A stretch of 49,581 nucleotides of DNA from NCBI GenBank assembly GCA_051453625.1, contig JBOZIK010000001.1:26527180-26576760 (forward strand), read 5' to 3'. Source of the DNA: Welwitschia mirabilis. Taxonomy: Eukaryota. The translations under genes were made by a program, and so were the position numbers. Below the pieces are notes generated by a model that was not told where the DNA came from, made no database searches, and was given only the letters and a program-made list of their open reading frames with translations. Shown here piece after piece: positions 1 through 12,659 of this stretch (position 1 is its first letter; every line of letters begins with the position of its first letter).

Positions 1-238
1 TTAGCTCTTATTTCATTTTTATCATGTTTTACCCTATTAAAATCCTTAATAATTTGGCCTACAATTTAGTTTTCTCTATGTGAGGGTTTAGGCCATGTTT
101 GACTTACTTCTACCAGCTCTTTTAATACTTTATAAGCATTTTATAAGGTTAAGTTCAATAAATTACCTTCACATAAAAGTCTACTAGTTACTTTGTTTGA
201 CTATTTAATCCACTGCAAAAGTAGTTTATTAGTTATTT

Positions 239-1200
239 CTACGAAAAGGCATCTACAATATTTGAATGTAAAGCAATAAAGAATTTCTCATAGGTAGAGG
301 CATAGTATTCATTAGGCATTTGTTGAAATTTGGCAACTTCTTTCTTCCATTTTTGGATGGAGGTTTCACTCATAAATCTTTNNNNNNNNNNNNNNNNNNN
401 NNNNNNNNNNNNNNNNNNNNNNNNNNNNNNNNNNNNNNNNNNNNNNNNNNNNNNNNNNNNNNNNNNNNNNATGGGAAAGATGATCATGTAGGTTCTATTA
501 TTAATGCATTTTTTACCATTTTTAAAAGTGAGAACTAATTTCTCTATGTTGGAAATGTGTTACAAGGGATTTTTATCAGGTTCACCACTAAAAATAGGAT
601 AGGCATTTTAAGTTTCTTGGCTCAAAATGATTATCGAGAGGTAAGTTAAAGGGGGTTTGGATTTCATGTTTCTTGTTTATAATTAAATCTCTAAGAGAAA
701 CATTGGCATTAGTTCAAATAGGAGTGGTTGTAGGGGTTTTANNNNNNNNNNNNNNNNNNNNNNNNNNNNNNNNNNNNNNNNNNNNNNNNNNNNNNNNNNN
801 NNNNNNNNNNNNNNNNNNNNNNNNNNNNNNNNNNNNNNNNNTTTAAGTTTCTTGGCTCAAAATGATGATCGAGAGGTAAGTCAAAGGGGGTTTGGATTTC
901 ATGTTTCTTGTTTACAATTAAATCTCTAAGGGAAACATTGGAATTAGTTCAAATAGGAGTGGTTGTAGGGGTTTTAATGACAAGGGGTGAGTTTAATTAG
1001 ATGAGTTACTTTTGTTTCTGTAATGAGGTAGACATGGTTGAAAATAAAAAACTCTTATCTATACAATCATCCAAAAAATTTTCTTTAGCAAAATCAAAGA
1101 AATAAAAGTAAATATTGTAGGAATTTTTAAACCTCATCTATGCTTACATAAATTAGTTTTTAGATCAATCAAACCTTCTTGTATATTTTCCTAAATAAAT
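239..1200 (-). pseudogene. Decayed Ty3/gypsy gag (retrotransposon gag domain) fragment
   Basis: ORF 239..487 gives SETSIQKWKKEVAKFQQMPNEYYASTYEKFF, resembling the gag F-x-Q-x3-E...ERF major homology region. It lies downstream of the PBS and is interrupted by two gaps. The upstream limit is approximate. Confidence 0.55.
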
Positions 1201-1718
1201 AATTGTTATCTCTAGTATTTTTATTTCTTACTAGATTTTACCATGCATGCTTAGTTTCAAATGCACAGAGTGTTGTTCTTGCAGTTGTCTAGATGATAGA
1301 AACATAGAAATCACAAAAAAGGAAAAAGTAGAAAACACAAATGAAAAAACTAATAGACACAAAAAACTCTGAAAGTAGACTATCATCCACTTAAGTCATC
1401 TAGACGACAAAGCAAATGATGGGAAAAACCCTAAAAAAATTTGATAAAAATAAAAAGAAAAAACTCATGGCACAGTGGCTGTCATTACTACATGTTATTT
1501 GGATGATAGAGAAGATGACAAAACTTTTATTATATAATAGAAAAACTTTTATTTGAAAATATAAGATTGACACTACAAAAAAGAAAAACCTATCCTACAA
1601 ATAAAAAAGAATTTACAATTCTATTATAGGTAAGCACCAAAACTGAGATCTTAAATACTCACTAGAGTAATGACAACTCTTGAACTCTAAGCATCCTTCC
1701 CCAACAATGAGATCAAGA

Positions 1719-2822
1719 TGTTGTGATTTGTATTTATGCAATGTTACATTCTTTAGTATAATCTTATCAATCACAAATATAATGCACAAATACAACACAC
1801 TAATATAGATGAAAGAAAACTCAAATATTGTGATCCATTAAAGGCCAAGGTAGGAACAAGAGAGTTATCTTTCATAAGAAAATACTTTGTACTCTAACTA
1901 CAAAAATAACTTGTAATGCATGAAAAGAAAAATGTAATACACTCATGTAAAGCTAATCTATGAAAAGGAAATATTAGTACACCTAACCTAAACTAACCAT
2001 GCACAATCGTGACAAAGGTTGCCCTCATAACCTATATTACTAAAGAAGCTGTCATGAATAAAAAGCAATATAAGTTATGAGAGTAAGAAACAAACATACA
2101 TTGAAGTCAAAAAATAAATATTTTGTATTAAATCTTGAACTATATTCATATTACAAAGTAGTCACACCTCAATGGGGAAAGCACTGCCCAACACTAAGTA
2201 AATGTCTCTCTATAGCTATAAGAATGGATCTCCAACTCTTTGATCTTCTTTCATGAGAATTTATAGTAAAAATAAAGATAAGTAGGAGTCAAGGGAAAGA
2301 CCAATATTTATTGACATACAATCATGTAATAAGATAGACAGATAGACATGGGTAAAACTCTAATAACTACATCAAGAGAAACAGATAGATAGTTGACAAG
2401 AATTATGTGGATGTCCAGTGCAGATATTAAAATAGTGTTGTCCGACTAGTCATCTAGATAATAAAGGAGATAATGCCACCTCATAAATAATTCACATTAG
2501 CTATCAGATTGATTATAGTTAGCATCCCTATTGGTATGAATTACTCTATCATTTGTACTATCATTTGGATGATGAGGTGGATGGTATTATTTTACAAATC
2601 TTTCATTAATGCATCATCCTTAGTGTTTTGTAGGAAGTTGTCTTAGAAATGAAAAATATTTAAGAATTACTCAAAATTCTATAAATCATCATAAAGATTA
2701 CATGTTTTTATATCTTTCATCTCATCTCTTCGTTATCATAGAAATCAAGCATTTACCTATCTACTAATATGTAAAACCACTCAAAATACCTTATCAAATA
2801 TATGTAAGTTGACAATGCAACA
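1719..2822 (-). repeat. 5' LTR, family B copy 1
   Basis: Terminal tgttgtg (1719) and tgcaaca (2822). The block gaagatcaaagag..agatccatt..ccattgagg (minus strand) is shared with the other family B LTRs. Confidence 0.8.
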
Positions 2823-4209
2823 ATGGAAAAACATTCTTAATAAGGTTAGACTCTTTAAGTTTGATTTCTTCATGGGATGTAAGAAGTCTCTTCTCTATTG
2901 GATTTTGTTTAATTTTTATGACTTCTTCCTTATCCTTCTTCTTCTCATTATTTATGGCATTGTTTTATTATATATTATCATTTTTTAAGTTATCATATTT
3001 ATTAAAAATCTCATAAAGAGAAATGTGGTAATTATGTTCATCATAAGTTGGAAAATTTTTATATTTCTCTAGAATTAATTCTTTCCTTTCACATTGATTT
3101 TTCAAAAGTGGGTGGAGGTTGGGAACATGATCTAATATCTCTAGTTTTTCATCTTATAAATCATAATCCTTATGATTCTTCTTAGTTAGTGAGTTCAAAC
3201 TTCATTATCTTTACTTTGGCTTTCTTCTAAATGATGGAATATGGAAAATTGATCTAAAATATCATCATTTAATTCTATTATGTCATCTTCCTCATCCTTA
3301 TAAAGTTATACTATTTTGAATAGTAAGATAACATTAAGGTCTTATATTTTATAGCACTTTTTATTAAAGTATTGTAATAAGACTCTTAATGTTTTTATTT
3401 TAATTTTTAATATATTTATTGGTGATTCTTTGCATCTTCTTAAGTTCTTTAATTGAGTCATAAAGTAAATCACCTCAGTTGCTTTGAAAAGTTGGAAGAA
3501 CTTGGTTGGTACAAGGAATCTATTCATTTTACATATTTATCTATGAAAGGAGATTGAGATACTTTAAATAAATTGTAGAATAGTTTTCTAAATAAGTAAG
3601 AAGACATATTGAGACTCATCATTATTATTTCCAAATAAAGGTTAAAAAGAGTAATGTTAACAAGATAAAGGGGCTCAATTCCTAGTTTCAACATCATTCT
3701 TCATGGGTAAATTTATTCTTCTGTCTATAAATATTTCACCTAATTTTCTCTTAACATTTTCCATAGAAATAGATGTAAGAGGGATAATAAGAAGAATTAA
3801 TTTATAAAATAATTAATATAGTAATCAAGATTACATAAAGAATAAGGTGTAGATCAATCTTACTAATCAAGAATTAGATATATTAAAATAATGTTATATA
3901 TGTAAATTTTGGATGAAAATATCTAAGATTACATCAAGTGCAAGGATTAATCCAAAGTGATTATCTTCACAATTATGCTAAGGCGTAAGGAATAAACCAA
4001 TTTACCTATTCTAATTATAAAAAGAAACTAAATGAAAACTATCTTACAATCAAGCATGAGTAAACAAGTAAATTTTATAGAGTTAAAACTTGGATTAATG
4101 TACAAAATCAAAAGAAAGTAATACATTTTAAGAATAATATCACCTTGATTTTCATATAGAAACTAATATTTTTAAAGAACTTCTTTCTTCCTGGGTCATG
4201 GTATCAAAA
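2823..4209 (-). mobile_element. Internal region (PBS, UTR, decayed acidic gag-like ORF) of an older Athila-like element interrupted by family B copy 1
   Basis: PBS-like ttttgataccatgacccagga at 4189-4209 (minus). The reverse complement of 2920-3050 aligns with 29280-29460 (gatgaa..catttctct..tttttaataaa..aagaaggataaggaagaag). Confidence 0.6.
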
Positions 4210-5542
4210 TATTGAAAGTCATATATTATGAACTTTGAATATAACTTCTTGTGTTTGATCAATAACCTATAATACTTAATATATACTATAAGACATAAAT
4301 ATACTATAGCATAGAGGTAAGTTAATCTAGGATTATAGACTTGGAATAAAATGAATTAGAATATCTAATTTATAAAGAATAGAAAAACATAGAGACAGTG
4401 ATCAAGGGANNNNNNNNNNNNNNNNNNNNNNNNNNNNNNNNNNNNNNNNNNNNNNNNNNNNNNNNNNNNNNNNNNNNNNNNNNNNNNNNNNNNNNNNNNN
4501 NNNNNNNNNNNNNNNNNNNNNNNNNNNNNNNNNNNNNNNNNNNNNNNNNNNNNNNTTAGATAAATGCAACGCAATGAAATGAAAATAAAATGATCTAAAT
4601 GTGATTCATTAACTATTTTACTAACTTGTTATCATCTAAGTTAGCCCTATTAAACCATGACATATCATTATCAATGTTATAAAACCAGTGAAGAAATACA
4701 TCATGGAAAATAAGATAAAGATAGAGAGATAGAGAATTTTAAAAAACACAGTTTATTATTACTTATATGAGGTATACTTATATCCTTTATGAGTAATAAC
4801 CCTTCAAGAGAGGATATGCAATCAAACACCAAGAGAGTCCTTTTCTTAAATCATATGGGGTATTTATAGTTTAGATTAGTATTTGAGGTTGCTAAAAGAA
4901 AAGTATTGAAGGGGTTTAATTACATTAATAATCTAATAATAATTTGACTGATTTTTGCATGAGTTATAATGGTCTTCCTCCTAGTCTTCATTTAAATAAC
5001 TAAGCAGAAAAAGTTTTCAACTATTAATAACCATTGATCATATCATATCTCATTGAATATGAATTCTACTAATATTATTCTTAGAGCTTCATATAAATGA
5101 CTTGAGATTGATGATTATTACTAAGAATATTCAACTTGTATTAAGATTTGTTCTAGATCTTTATTCAAACAATCTGAGGGATAACTATCTCTAAGCAAAG
5201 AAATTCAATCTCTTTACTTTTCTTTTGTTATCTTTTTTATATCATAAAATGGATTTCATTCATTAATATTATCTAAATGACCCTCATCCAGATGAAGGAC
5301 CTCAAACCCTCTAGCTTTATCACATCATCCTTGGAATAATAAGTTAGTCAGGTTATCCACTTACTTCCTCTAGGTGACTGGATGAAGAGAGNNNNNNNNN
5401 NNNNNNNNNNNNNNNNNNNNNNNNNNNNNNNNNNNNNNNNNNNNNNNNNNNNNNNNNNNNNNNNNNNNNNNNNNNNNNNNNNNNNNNNNNNATGAAGAGA
5501 GGTTAGACAAAGTAACTAAATCATGTTTTTAATCCTCAAAAA

Positions 5543-6631
5543 TATTAGGACCAGCTATCAGAGAGGGGAGGAGTGAATATGATAGCTAAGGTAATTTTTA
5601 CAATTTTATAACTTAATATTTATTTGCATAATTTAAATTATCAATCAAGTTACTAAGTTTTAGTTCTTTCCAATAGTGATAGTAATCTATATAATTAACT
5701 AAATATATAAGAATTCATGCTTAACAAGTATATTAAATAAAAGAAAATAATAAGCACTAAATATAGAAAATAAGTCTATTTTTCTTTATTGCTAATGCAA
5801 CCTCCAACTACATGTAAATGAAACTTTATAGTTATTATCCACTAATACAATTAAGATTTTCTGATAATCCTTAGCTTTAAGTATAATCCAATTTATTTTC
5901 TTGATGTTATAATTTAGTACAAATAGATATGTAAAAGATTAAAGTATGATTAAGAGAGTATGATAATAGTTAAAATACAAAATTGATTTTACAAAAGATG
6001 TTTATACATGCAATATATCAATTACTTATAAAATAATGTTTCTAGCTATTATAGGAAAGAAACGCTAAATATATGACTTTTTAAATCCTTAAAAAAACTT
6101 GGTTAACTTTTCTAGACACAATTACAACTCTTGCTAATATTTCATAGTGGCAATATTTTTATTAAATATTATCCTAATGGTTAAATCCTTTGAAGTGGTA
6201 ATTGACCCCTTTTCTTATGTAGGCCTTTTATGACAAAAGCTAAGTTTGATGGTTAACCTTAAGTATAGTATCCATTAACTGTATGAATTATGTTTAGAGA
6301 GGTCAACCCCTTTATAAAGTTGTTTGACCTTATCAATTAACCTCTAGAGACTAGTAATCAATCTCTTACTAAAACTACTAAAACTATCTATTAACATGTA
6401 GTCAACCCTCCTATAAAATACTAATTGACCACTAAGCATATTATGTTAGTTTAGTTACCCTCATGGTCCAAATTCACTTGATGTTTAGATTAAGTTCATT
6501 ATAACTTGCTTGCGATCAATTGCACGACCTAGATTCACTCATATAACATCTAGTATTATAAACAACTTCATTTTATTATATTATAATATAATATTTGATG
6601 TATTATCAATAAATAACTAATAAGTGTAATA
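5543..6631 (-). repeat. SIRE 3' LTR
   Basis: Aligns colinearly with 24650-25868 (e.g. ctaaggtaattttt..tatttgcataatttaaa; tatgtaaaagatt..gagtatgataata; tttgatggttaacct). Confidence 0.9.
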
Positions 6632-7020
6632 ATATCCCTCTTTATCATAGACAATAACCAAATTAAGAAGGTTATTTAATCTCCCTAGATTAGGTCTCCT
6701 TCTAAGTGGGTACTCCTCTTAGATATATACATAATTCAAATGAAATAAGTTTGTATAAATAGTATAATTGAAAAGGCACAAGGCACAATGAAATTATTAC
6801 CTTGATGTTTTACTAATGTTATCAATAAATGTGTATTATAACAAATTCTATTTTATCAAAAGATAGAAAGCATATCATCATAATTCAAACTATTATTATA
6901 AAAAAAGTAAAAGATAATAATTTCAAAATACATTAATTGTTTTAGAGCATACTATTTTGGAATAATAACTAACTATCAGTTTTTCTTCCTCTTTTTCAAC
7001 AATAACAAGAAAGCTATAAG
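6632..7020 (-). promoter_or_regulatory. Multiple polypurine tracts of the SIRE element
   Basis: Plus-strand pyrimidine tracts atatccctcttt (6632), atctccct, gtctccttct, actcctctt and ttttcttcctcttttt (~6980). These are decayed AGGGGGAG repeats, a known Sirevirus signature. Confidence 0.7.
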
Positions 7021-7089
7021 ATGCAAACATAAGTAATAAAATGCTATAATAGATAACAAATATCAAATGCATAAATTCTAGTCAAAGTC

Positions 7090-9425
7090 AATCGTGGATG
7101 ATGTGTGATGATAAGAAACATGATTGATAAGTCATTACAATGATCTTGTAGGAGATGTTCATGTAGACACTATAGCTAAATATGAAGTAGGCACTATAGA
7201 AACTGATGCCTTAAGATTGTATAGATCACTAGATCTGAATCTATAACACATGTACTAGAATGATGTATTGCCAAAATAATGCCTCATATGAAGAGGAAGG
7301 TTGAGGTGACTCTGGTGAATCCTATATCCACTTAGGTGATAGTATAGATGCATTTTGAAGTTTCTCCTTGTTTGAATTCTCTTCCTTCTCATATTCCTCT
7401 TTCTTTTATAACTCCTCTATTGATTTGTTATTTATCTCTTCTTCCTCTAGTGCCTCTCTAACTCCTTCTCTAGTAGCTTTTCCTCCTCTTCTTCCTCCTC
7501 TTATTTCTTATTTAAATAGTATAATGGAGTAGTAGAAGATGATGTAAATGAGTAAGAGGATAAATGTGATGGAATATGATAAGACTCTAAAATCTATTCT
7601 ACCCTCCTTATATCCTTTAGAAGATAAAGTACTTACTACTAAGACTCTTCTTGCTCATATGTCTTAGTATGAAGTGAAGTAAAACTATATATCATAGGAT
7701 ATGTAGGACCTCTAAATTGAGTATCATAAGTGTAAGAGATTGAAGAAGATGCATGAGAGGACTCTATGCCTCTACCACATGAGGGTTATTGAATAAGACC
7801 TACCTCAAAGAGATTCATGCATGTCAATCTCAAGTAGTTAATAGGCTAAGAAGGCTTAAGGATGATGAAATTGTACTATAGTAAAGTGATATAGAATTAA
7901 TAAAATAGTCACATAATCAAGCCTCCATAACATAGTATCTTATTTTCATACTAAACAGTATGCATAAGAAATTTAAACATAATAAATAGTGCATTAGCCT
8001 TATACTAAAAATACAAACAATGCAAAAACCTACTCTTATAGAGTGTAATGTCACTCCTCTATTCACTAAGTAGTAGAAGGATATATTTAAAGATAAAGTG
8101 TAAGACATGATATACTGCTATCAGTTTCTTAGCTCTGAATGTGGTTGAGGACTCTTAGTCAAAGTTAGTACCACACGAAGGCATGCTAAAAACATTAAGA
8201 AAAGTTAAAGCTTATGAATAGAATATTAGAGATACCATCTTAAGGAATATGTAGAACTCATGCAAGCATATCTAGGATTACTTTGAAATAAACCCTAAAT
8301 ATTATGATCTTTAGTATAGAATATCTAATAGATATGATCTTTGCATTAGAATGAAATATGTTAATGACCTTTGTGATAAGATTTAGACATGATGTTATAA
8401 ATTATTTCTACTCCTAATATTTAAAGATTTTTTTAGATAAAATATGAAGCAATAAAATGTAGACATGTGAATTTCTATTTTCTTAATAACCATCTTGGAT
8501 TTAAAGTCAGTGTTAAAGTGCATTTATGTCTATCTATCCATGCAAGTAAAGAGAACTATCTATTTAAAGGTAGAATCTTTAAACCTTTTTTCCTTCATAG
8601 ATCAAGAGATTCTAAAAGCCATCTACACTTAAGGTACACTGTTAGAACCACTGATACAAATATATAACCGTTAATAAAATTGAGGATCAATTTGATCCTA
8701 GAATAAAGTGATGAATGATTTCTACTGAATAAAAATTTAAACCAAATGATAGAATGAAAATGCATAATGGAAGACCTTACCAAGATAATGTGGTTTATGA
8801 ACCTGGGTATGTTCACACACAGATGGTATCTTCTACTCATACCTCTGGATATTATTAACCTATAAGAAAATAGTGGTTTTCTAGTGAAATCAACAACCTT
8901 ACAAAAAATGAGATTCTTCTTACAAGATAGCACTCTCTCCTTCATAAGCAAATAATGGTTTTCTAGATAGCTAATGACCTTAATCACAAATAAGTTCTTA
9001 TAATCATAACTTTAAATGCACACCCATATAATAATTACCTTATAATGTATTTGCTATTTAAGAATGGACTTTATAATAACATTTAATAATGAGATAGTTC
9101 ATAACATAAAATCAAGATGAAATATAACAAGAAGCTTGAGTTTACTTTGATGAATATTTTGAGATCCTTGAAGTTATTATTGCCATCATAAGTATGAGTG
9201 AAGAAAATGATAGTAATAAAGTTCTAAGTCTAAGAGATAAAACAATGTTAGCATCTTAGCAATGAATCCTTCGATTTTTTCATGAGATATTTCTTTTATT
9301 AGTGCTTTTTAAGATCTATAAATCCCTTGATTCAATGAAGTGAAGAAATTTCTTCTTTAATTATTAAATTAATGCTCTATAATGATGAAGAATATTTAGC
9401 CATTTGAGCTTGGAAGATAGCCATT
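7090..9425 (-). pseudogene. Decayed SIRE env-like/extra ORF resembling the 'putative plant transposon protein' domain (PF20167-like)
   Basis: Minus-strand translation near 7900-8130: VYHVLHFIFKYILLLLSE*RSDITLYKSRFLHCLYF*YKANALFIMFKFLM...LCYGGLIM*LF. YLGKVFHYA occurs near 8760-8790, with a Glu/Ser-rich tail at 7350-7750. It lies between pol and the PPTs. Limits are approximate. Confidence 0.6.
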
Positions 9426-9429
9426 TAAA

Positions 9430-9890
9430 TCTATAATATCTATGCTTTAGAAATGTAACTTTGATTTTAATCAACATGAACTTTAGTTTAAGATGTCTTG
9501 AATTTTTTAAATGTCTTCACTTTATATGTCTTCATTTCTGTAGACATCTGCTTTTCAAACATATTCACTTTTGTAGATGTCTTAAGTTAACTTAATTAGT
9601 TTTTAATAAAATTTACATTATAGTACCATTGGATCTCCATGATCATGAATCCATTGTGTATAAGTTAGTATCTCACTTAAAACATAAGATGTCCAAAATA
9701 AAATTAACTCTATTACCTATTTTAACTTAGTATAGACATCTTTAATTTTGTAGACATCTTCATCTATGTTAGGTTCAACTTTTAGTTCAGTCCTCTTGAA
9801 TATGATAGATGTCTTTTGACTTGTCATTGAATTCTAGTACATTTAAGACATATTCACTTGAGACGTCTTAAATTTTCTAAACATCTTCAA
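9430..9890. repeat. Cluster of degenerate AGACGTCT palindromes upstream of the env-like ORF
   Basis: agatgtct, agacatct, aaatgtct and aaacatct variants recur about ten times. One intact agacgtct is at 9861-9868. Confidence 0.75.
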
Positions 9891-10786
9891 ATAATTAATT
9901 TTGTAGTTTAGCCTCTAATTATTTCTATGAGATGCTATCTTTGAAGATCTATCATGATCTAGTGCCTATCATGTTCTGATGTATTTGTAATAACTTAGCT
10001 ACACAAGGACATAACATATTTAATAAGTGGAATCATCAAAACTAGATTTTCCAAAAAAAAAAAATAAATAGTATTAGGAAAGTATCAAATAATTATTTCA
10101 CATGATGATTATAAGACATGAAATAAGTTATTTTAAAATCCCTCTAAAAATGTAAATCTAATTAAGATAACATTACTAAACCATATAGCCCAAAATTTAA
10201 TCAAGCATGATATGTAGAAAATATTATTTATATGCAATTAATATAACAAAATATACTAGATAACAATAATAATTTAGCAATCATTAGATTTAATGATTCA
10301 TTTTAAAAATAAAAATAGGATTAGTAGAAGTAATGAATTAGGTAGAATTCATTTTAAAATAGTGTAATATAATCTAGGAATAGTACCTAAGAAATGATGA
10401 TTAAGTATAAGCAGTAAATTTTATATAAAAATAAAGTTATTCAAGGAAAATGAATAAATTCTAGTAAAATTGATCTAACCTATAAAATTTTATAATTAGG
10501 ACATGAAAGAATTACAAGGATACTAGAAATTAATTAAATTCCTTTGAAAACTCAATCGAGAATACAACAATCCTTTATTGAGTTAGAAAGAGCTTTTATA
10601 AGAAGAGGGAGTTGAAATATCAAAAATAACAAATGAAATTCCTACCTCAAATTTATAAAAGTTCATGAGTGAACAGTAGATGGTTAACCACTAAGATTAG
10701 GCAATTGAACATTTTAAAAGGATGAATACAAATTTGATAAAGAATGGTCAACCTTTAAAGAATAGTAGCCGATCAATGTGGTCGAC

Positions 10787-12142
10787 TATTAACATGTAAA
10801 AATTAACATTCTAATCAGGTTATATAACTAACCTACCTTAATGGAAGACATTAATATAATCTATTTTATCATAAAAACATGTCTTCTATTACTCTTATTA
10901 TTAATTTTGAACTTATAATTTTTTCCATGACATTTTTAGGGTGTTGAATTTATCTTGAAAGACATGCCAAAAGTTAATGATCAATTAAGCTAAAACACTA
11001 GTGCCATCATCTAGGACTATTGGCATCACCAGACTATGTGGTGGGTAGATCACTTCCATTTTTACATTCTTGAAATTTTATAAATAGTTTAGTCAATTAG
11101 AGTTATGAGCTTGATCAGATTTTATCTTGGAAATATCCTTCATTATTAGTGACATGTGGTGGTGATGATAAGGACCCATAATGATGACATTTAGTAGGGA
11201 TGAATAGGATGATGGTGGAGACATATGGTAACAATAATAGTTGGTAGCAACTATAGCATCCAAGAGCCAAGTGTTGGCATCATCATAGGAATCTTTACTA
11301 AATGAAAGAAATGATAAACTACCCTATTTAATATTATGATTATGTAATCATCCATCTAATACTACAAGAAAAAAGCTTATAATTGCCCCCTACTCTTATG
11401 CTTAACTATAAAAGATCCTTAAGTCCTTCACTGAATTCATTCTTCATTTAGATAAAAGAATGAAACCTCTAAAGCATCAAGGCATAATGGCATTCTAAGT
11501 GTGTTCTTAGGGAGTGAGATTACTTCAAGGATCTTAAGGATTCCTTCTTTTTTTCATATTTAATGTAATGTACATTTATTTGATTCAATAATTTAGAGTT
11601 TTATTTTTTATTTTTTATTAGTTTTAAATTTAATTTTATATTAGAAATGCTTAAAGGATAATGCACTATCAAGTTTTACTTTAATCACTAAGTGGATTTA
11701 ATTAGTTAATTAGTTTATAATATTAATAGTTTTATAGATCTTGCATACTCTAGTTTGTACTTTTCATTTTTATTATAAGGCTATAGGTTTAATAAGTGTC
11801 AAATTCATCAATATTCAACTGGTGAATGAGATTATGTTACCATGATCTATTCTTTTACACTTGATGGTTTGAGTTTTTATTTCAAAATAGTGTTGCATAT
11901 GGTTGAGCAAGAATTTGTAGAAGTATGAATTGACTAACTTAAAGCTTATTTGCTTTTCATTTTATGAATGAAGTTTTAAAAGCAATTTTTCAATTGGTTC
12001 TTCTTTTTTTTTCTTTTTGTAACTTGTAAGATAGAAAGTGTTAGAGTAATTTCTGTTTAGTTAGCACTCAATTATCCCTATGAAAGAATCATAACTAAGT
12101 GTAAATTTAATTTTAAATATATTTCACTATAAACTACAAATA
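10787..12142 (+). repeat. Family A 5' LTR
   Basis: Colinear with 15654-16981 from catgtaaaaattaacattctaatca to ttcactataaacta. Hand count gave 14 mismatches in the first ~122 bp. Confidence 0.9.
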
Positions 12143-12659
12143 CATTTTGGTATTATTTCTAGGAATAATGGCATAGTAGCTACTCAAAAAGAGTATAACA
12201 TTTTCTTTTTTATAATTTTTAATTAAATTTTATCTTTATGGTGATGGGTATTGGTTCTTTCTGATGATATTAAAATGGTCCCTTTTCTCTTTCTTTTTTG
12301 TATTTTATTTTCCATCTAATGGTTGGTACTGGTCATTTCAAGTGATACTTGAACTAGTTCTATTTTGAGTTTTTCTTTAGTTTTACTTACTCTAGTTTGA
12401 TTTGTTTGTAGGGCTAATAGTGTTTTTGTAGAATTACAATTAAGGAGCATAAAACAAAAAATAACTCATTTTATGTGTTTTTAATTAGTTTGTAGTTTTA
12501 ATCCTCATTTTCTATGCAAGCTCACTATAAAAAACACTAAAAATCTGAAAAAATTTACTTAAATTTTCATAAAGCATGAATTTCATGTATGTAGTCATTC
12601 TTATTTTTGTTTAGTTTTTTTATGATTCTATAATGTTATTTAATTCACAATACATTTGT

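Larger units (their letters stand above)
1..2822 (-). mobile_element. Athila-like Ty3/gypsy element, family B copy 1 (5' LTR, PBS, 5' UTR, gag remnant; runs off the left edge)
   Basis: LTR 1719-2822 has TGTTG...CAACA termini. It is followed on the minus strand by tcttgatctcattgttgggga (1698-1718), a decayed Athila-type TTTGGCGCCGTTGCCGGGGA PBS. LTR and UTR are homologous to 26328-28200, 45531-46598 and 48852-49581. Confidence 0.75.

Noticed and set aside
607..976. Near-identical ~135-bp direct repeat flanking a 100-N gap
   Set aside because: The copies abut the gap, so this is an unmerged contig overlap (allelic or paralogous reads), not a biological duplication.
1571..1583. cactacaaaaaag resembling a CACTA terminal repeat
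   Set aside because: It lies inside the T-rich UTR of family B copy 1, with no partner TIR, subterminal repeats or transposase.
8595..8987. 130-aa ORF as an intact gene
   Set aside because: It lies within the decayed SIRE extra ORF, with motif-like sequence in a different frame, and has no independent gene structure.
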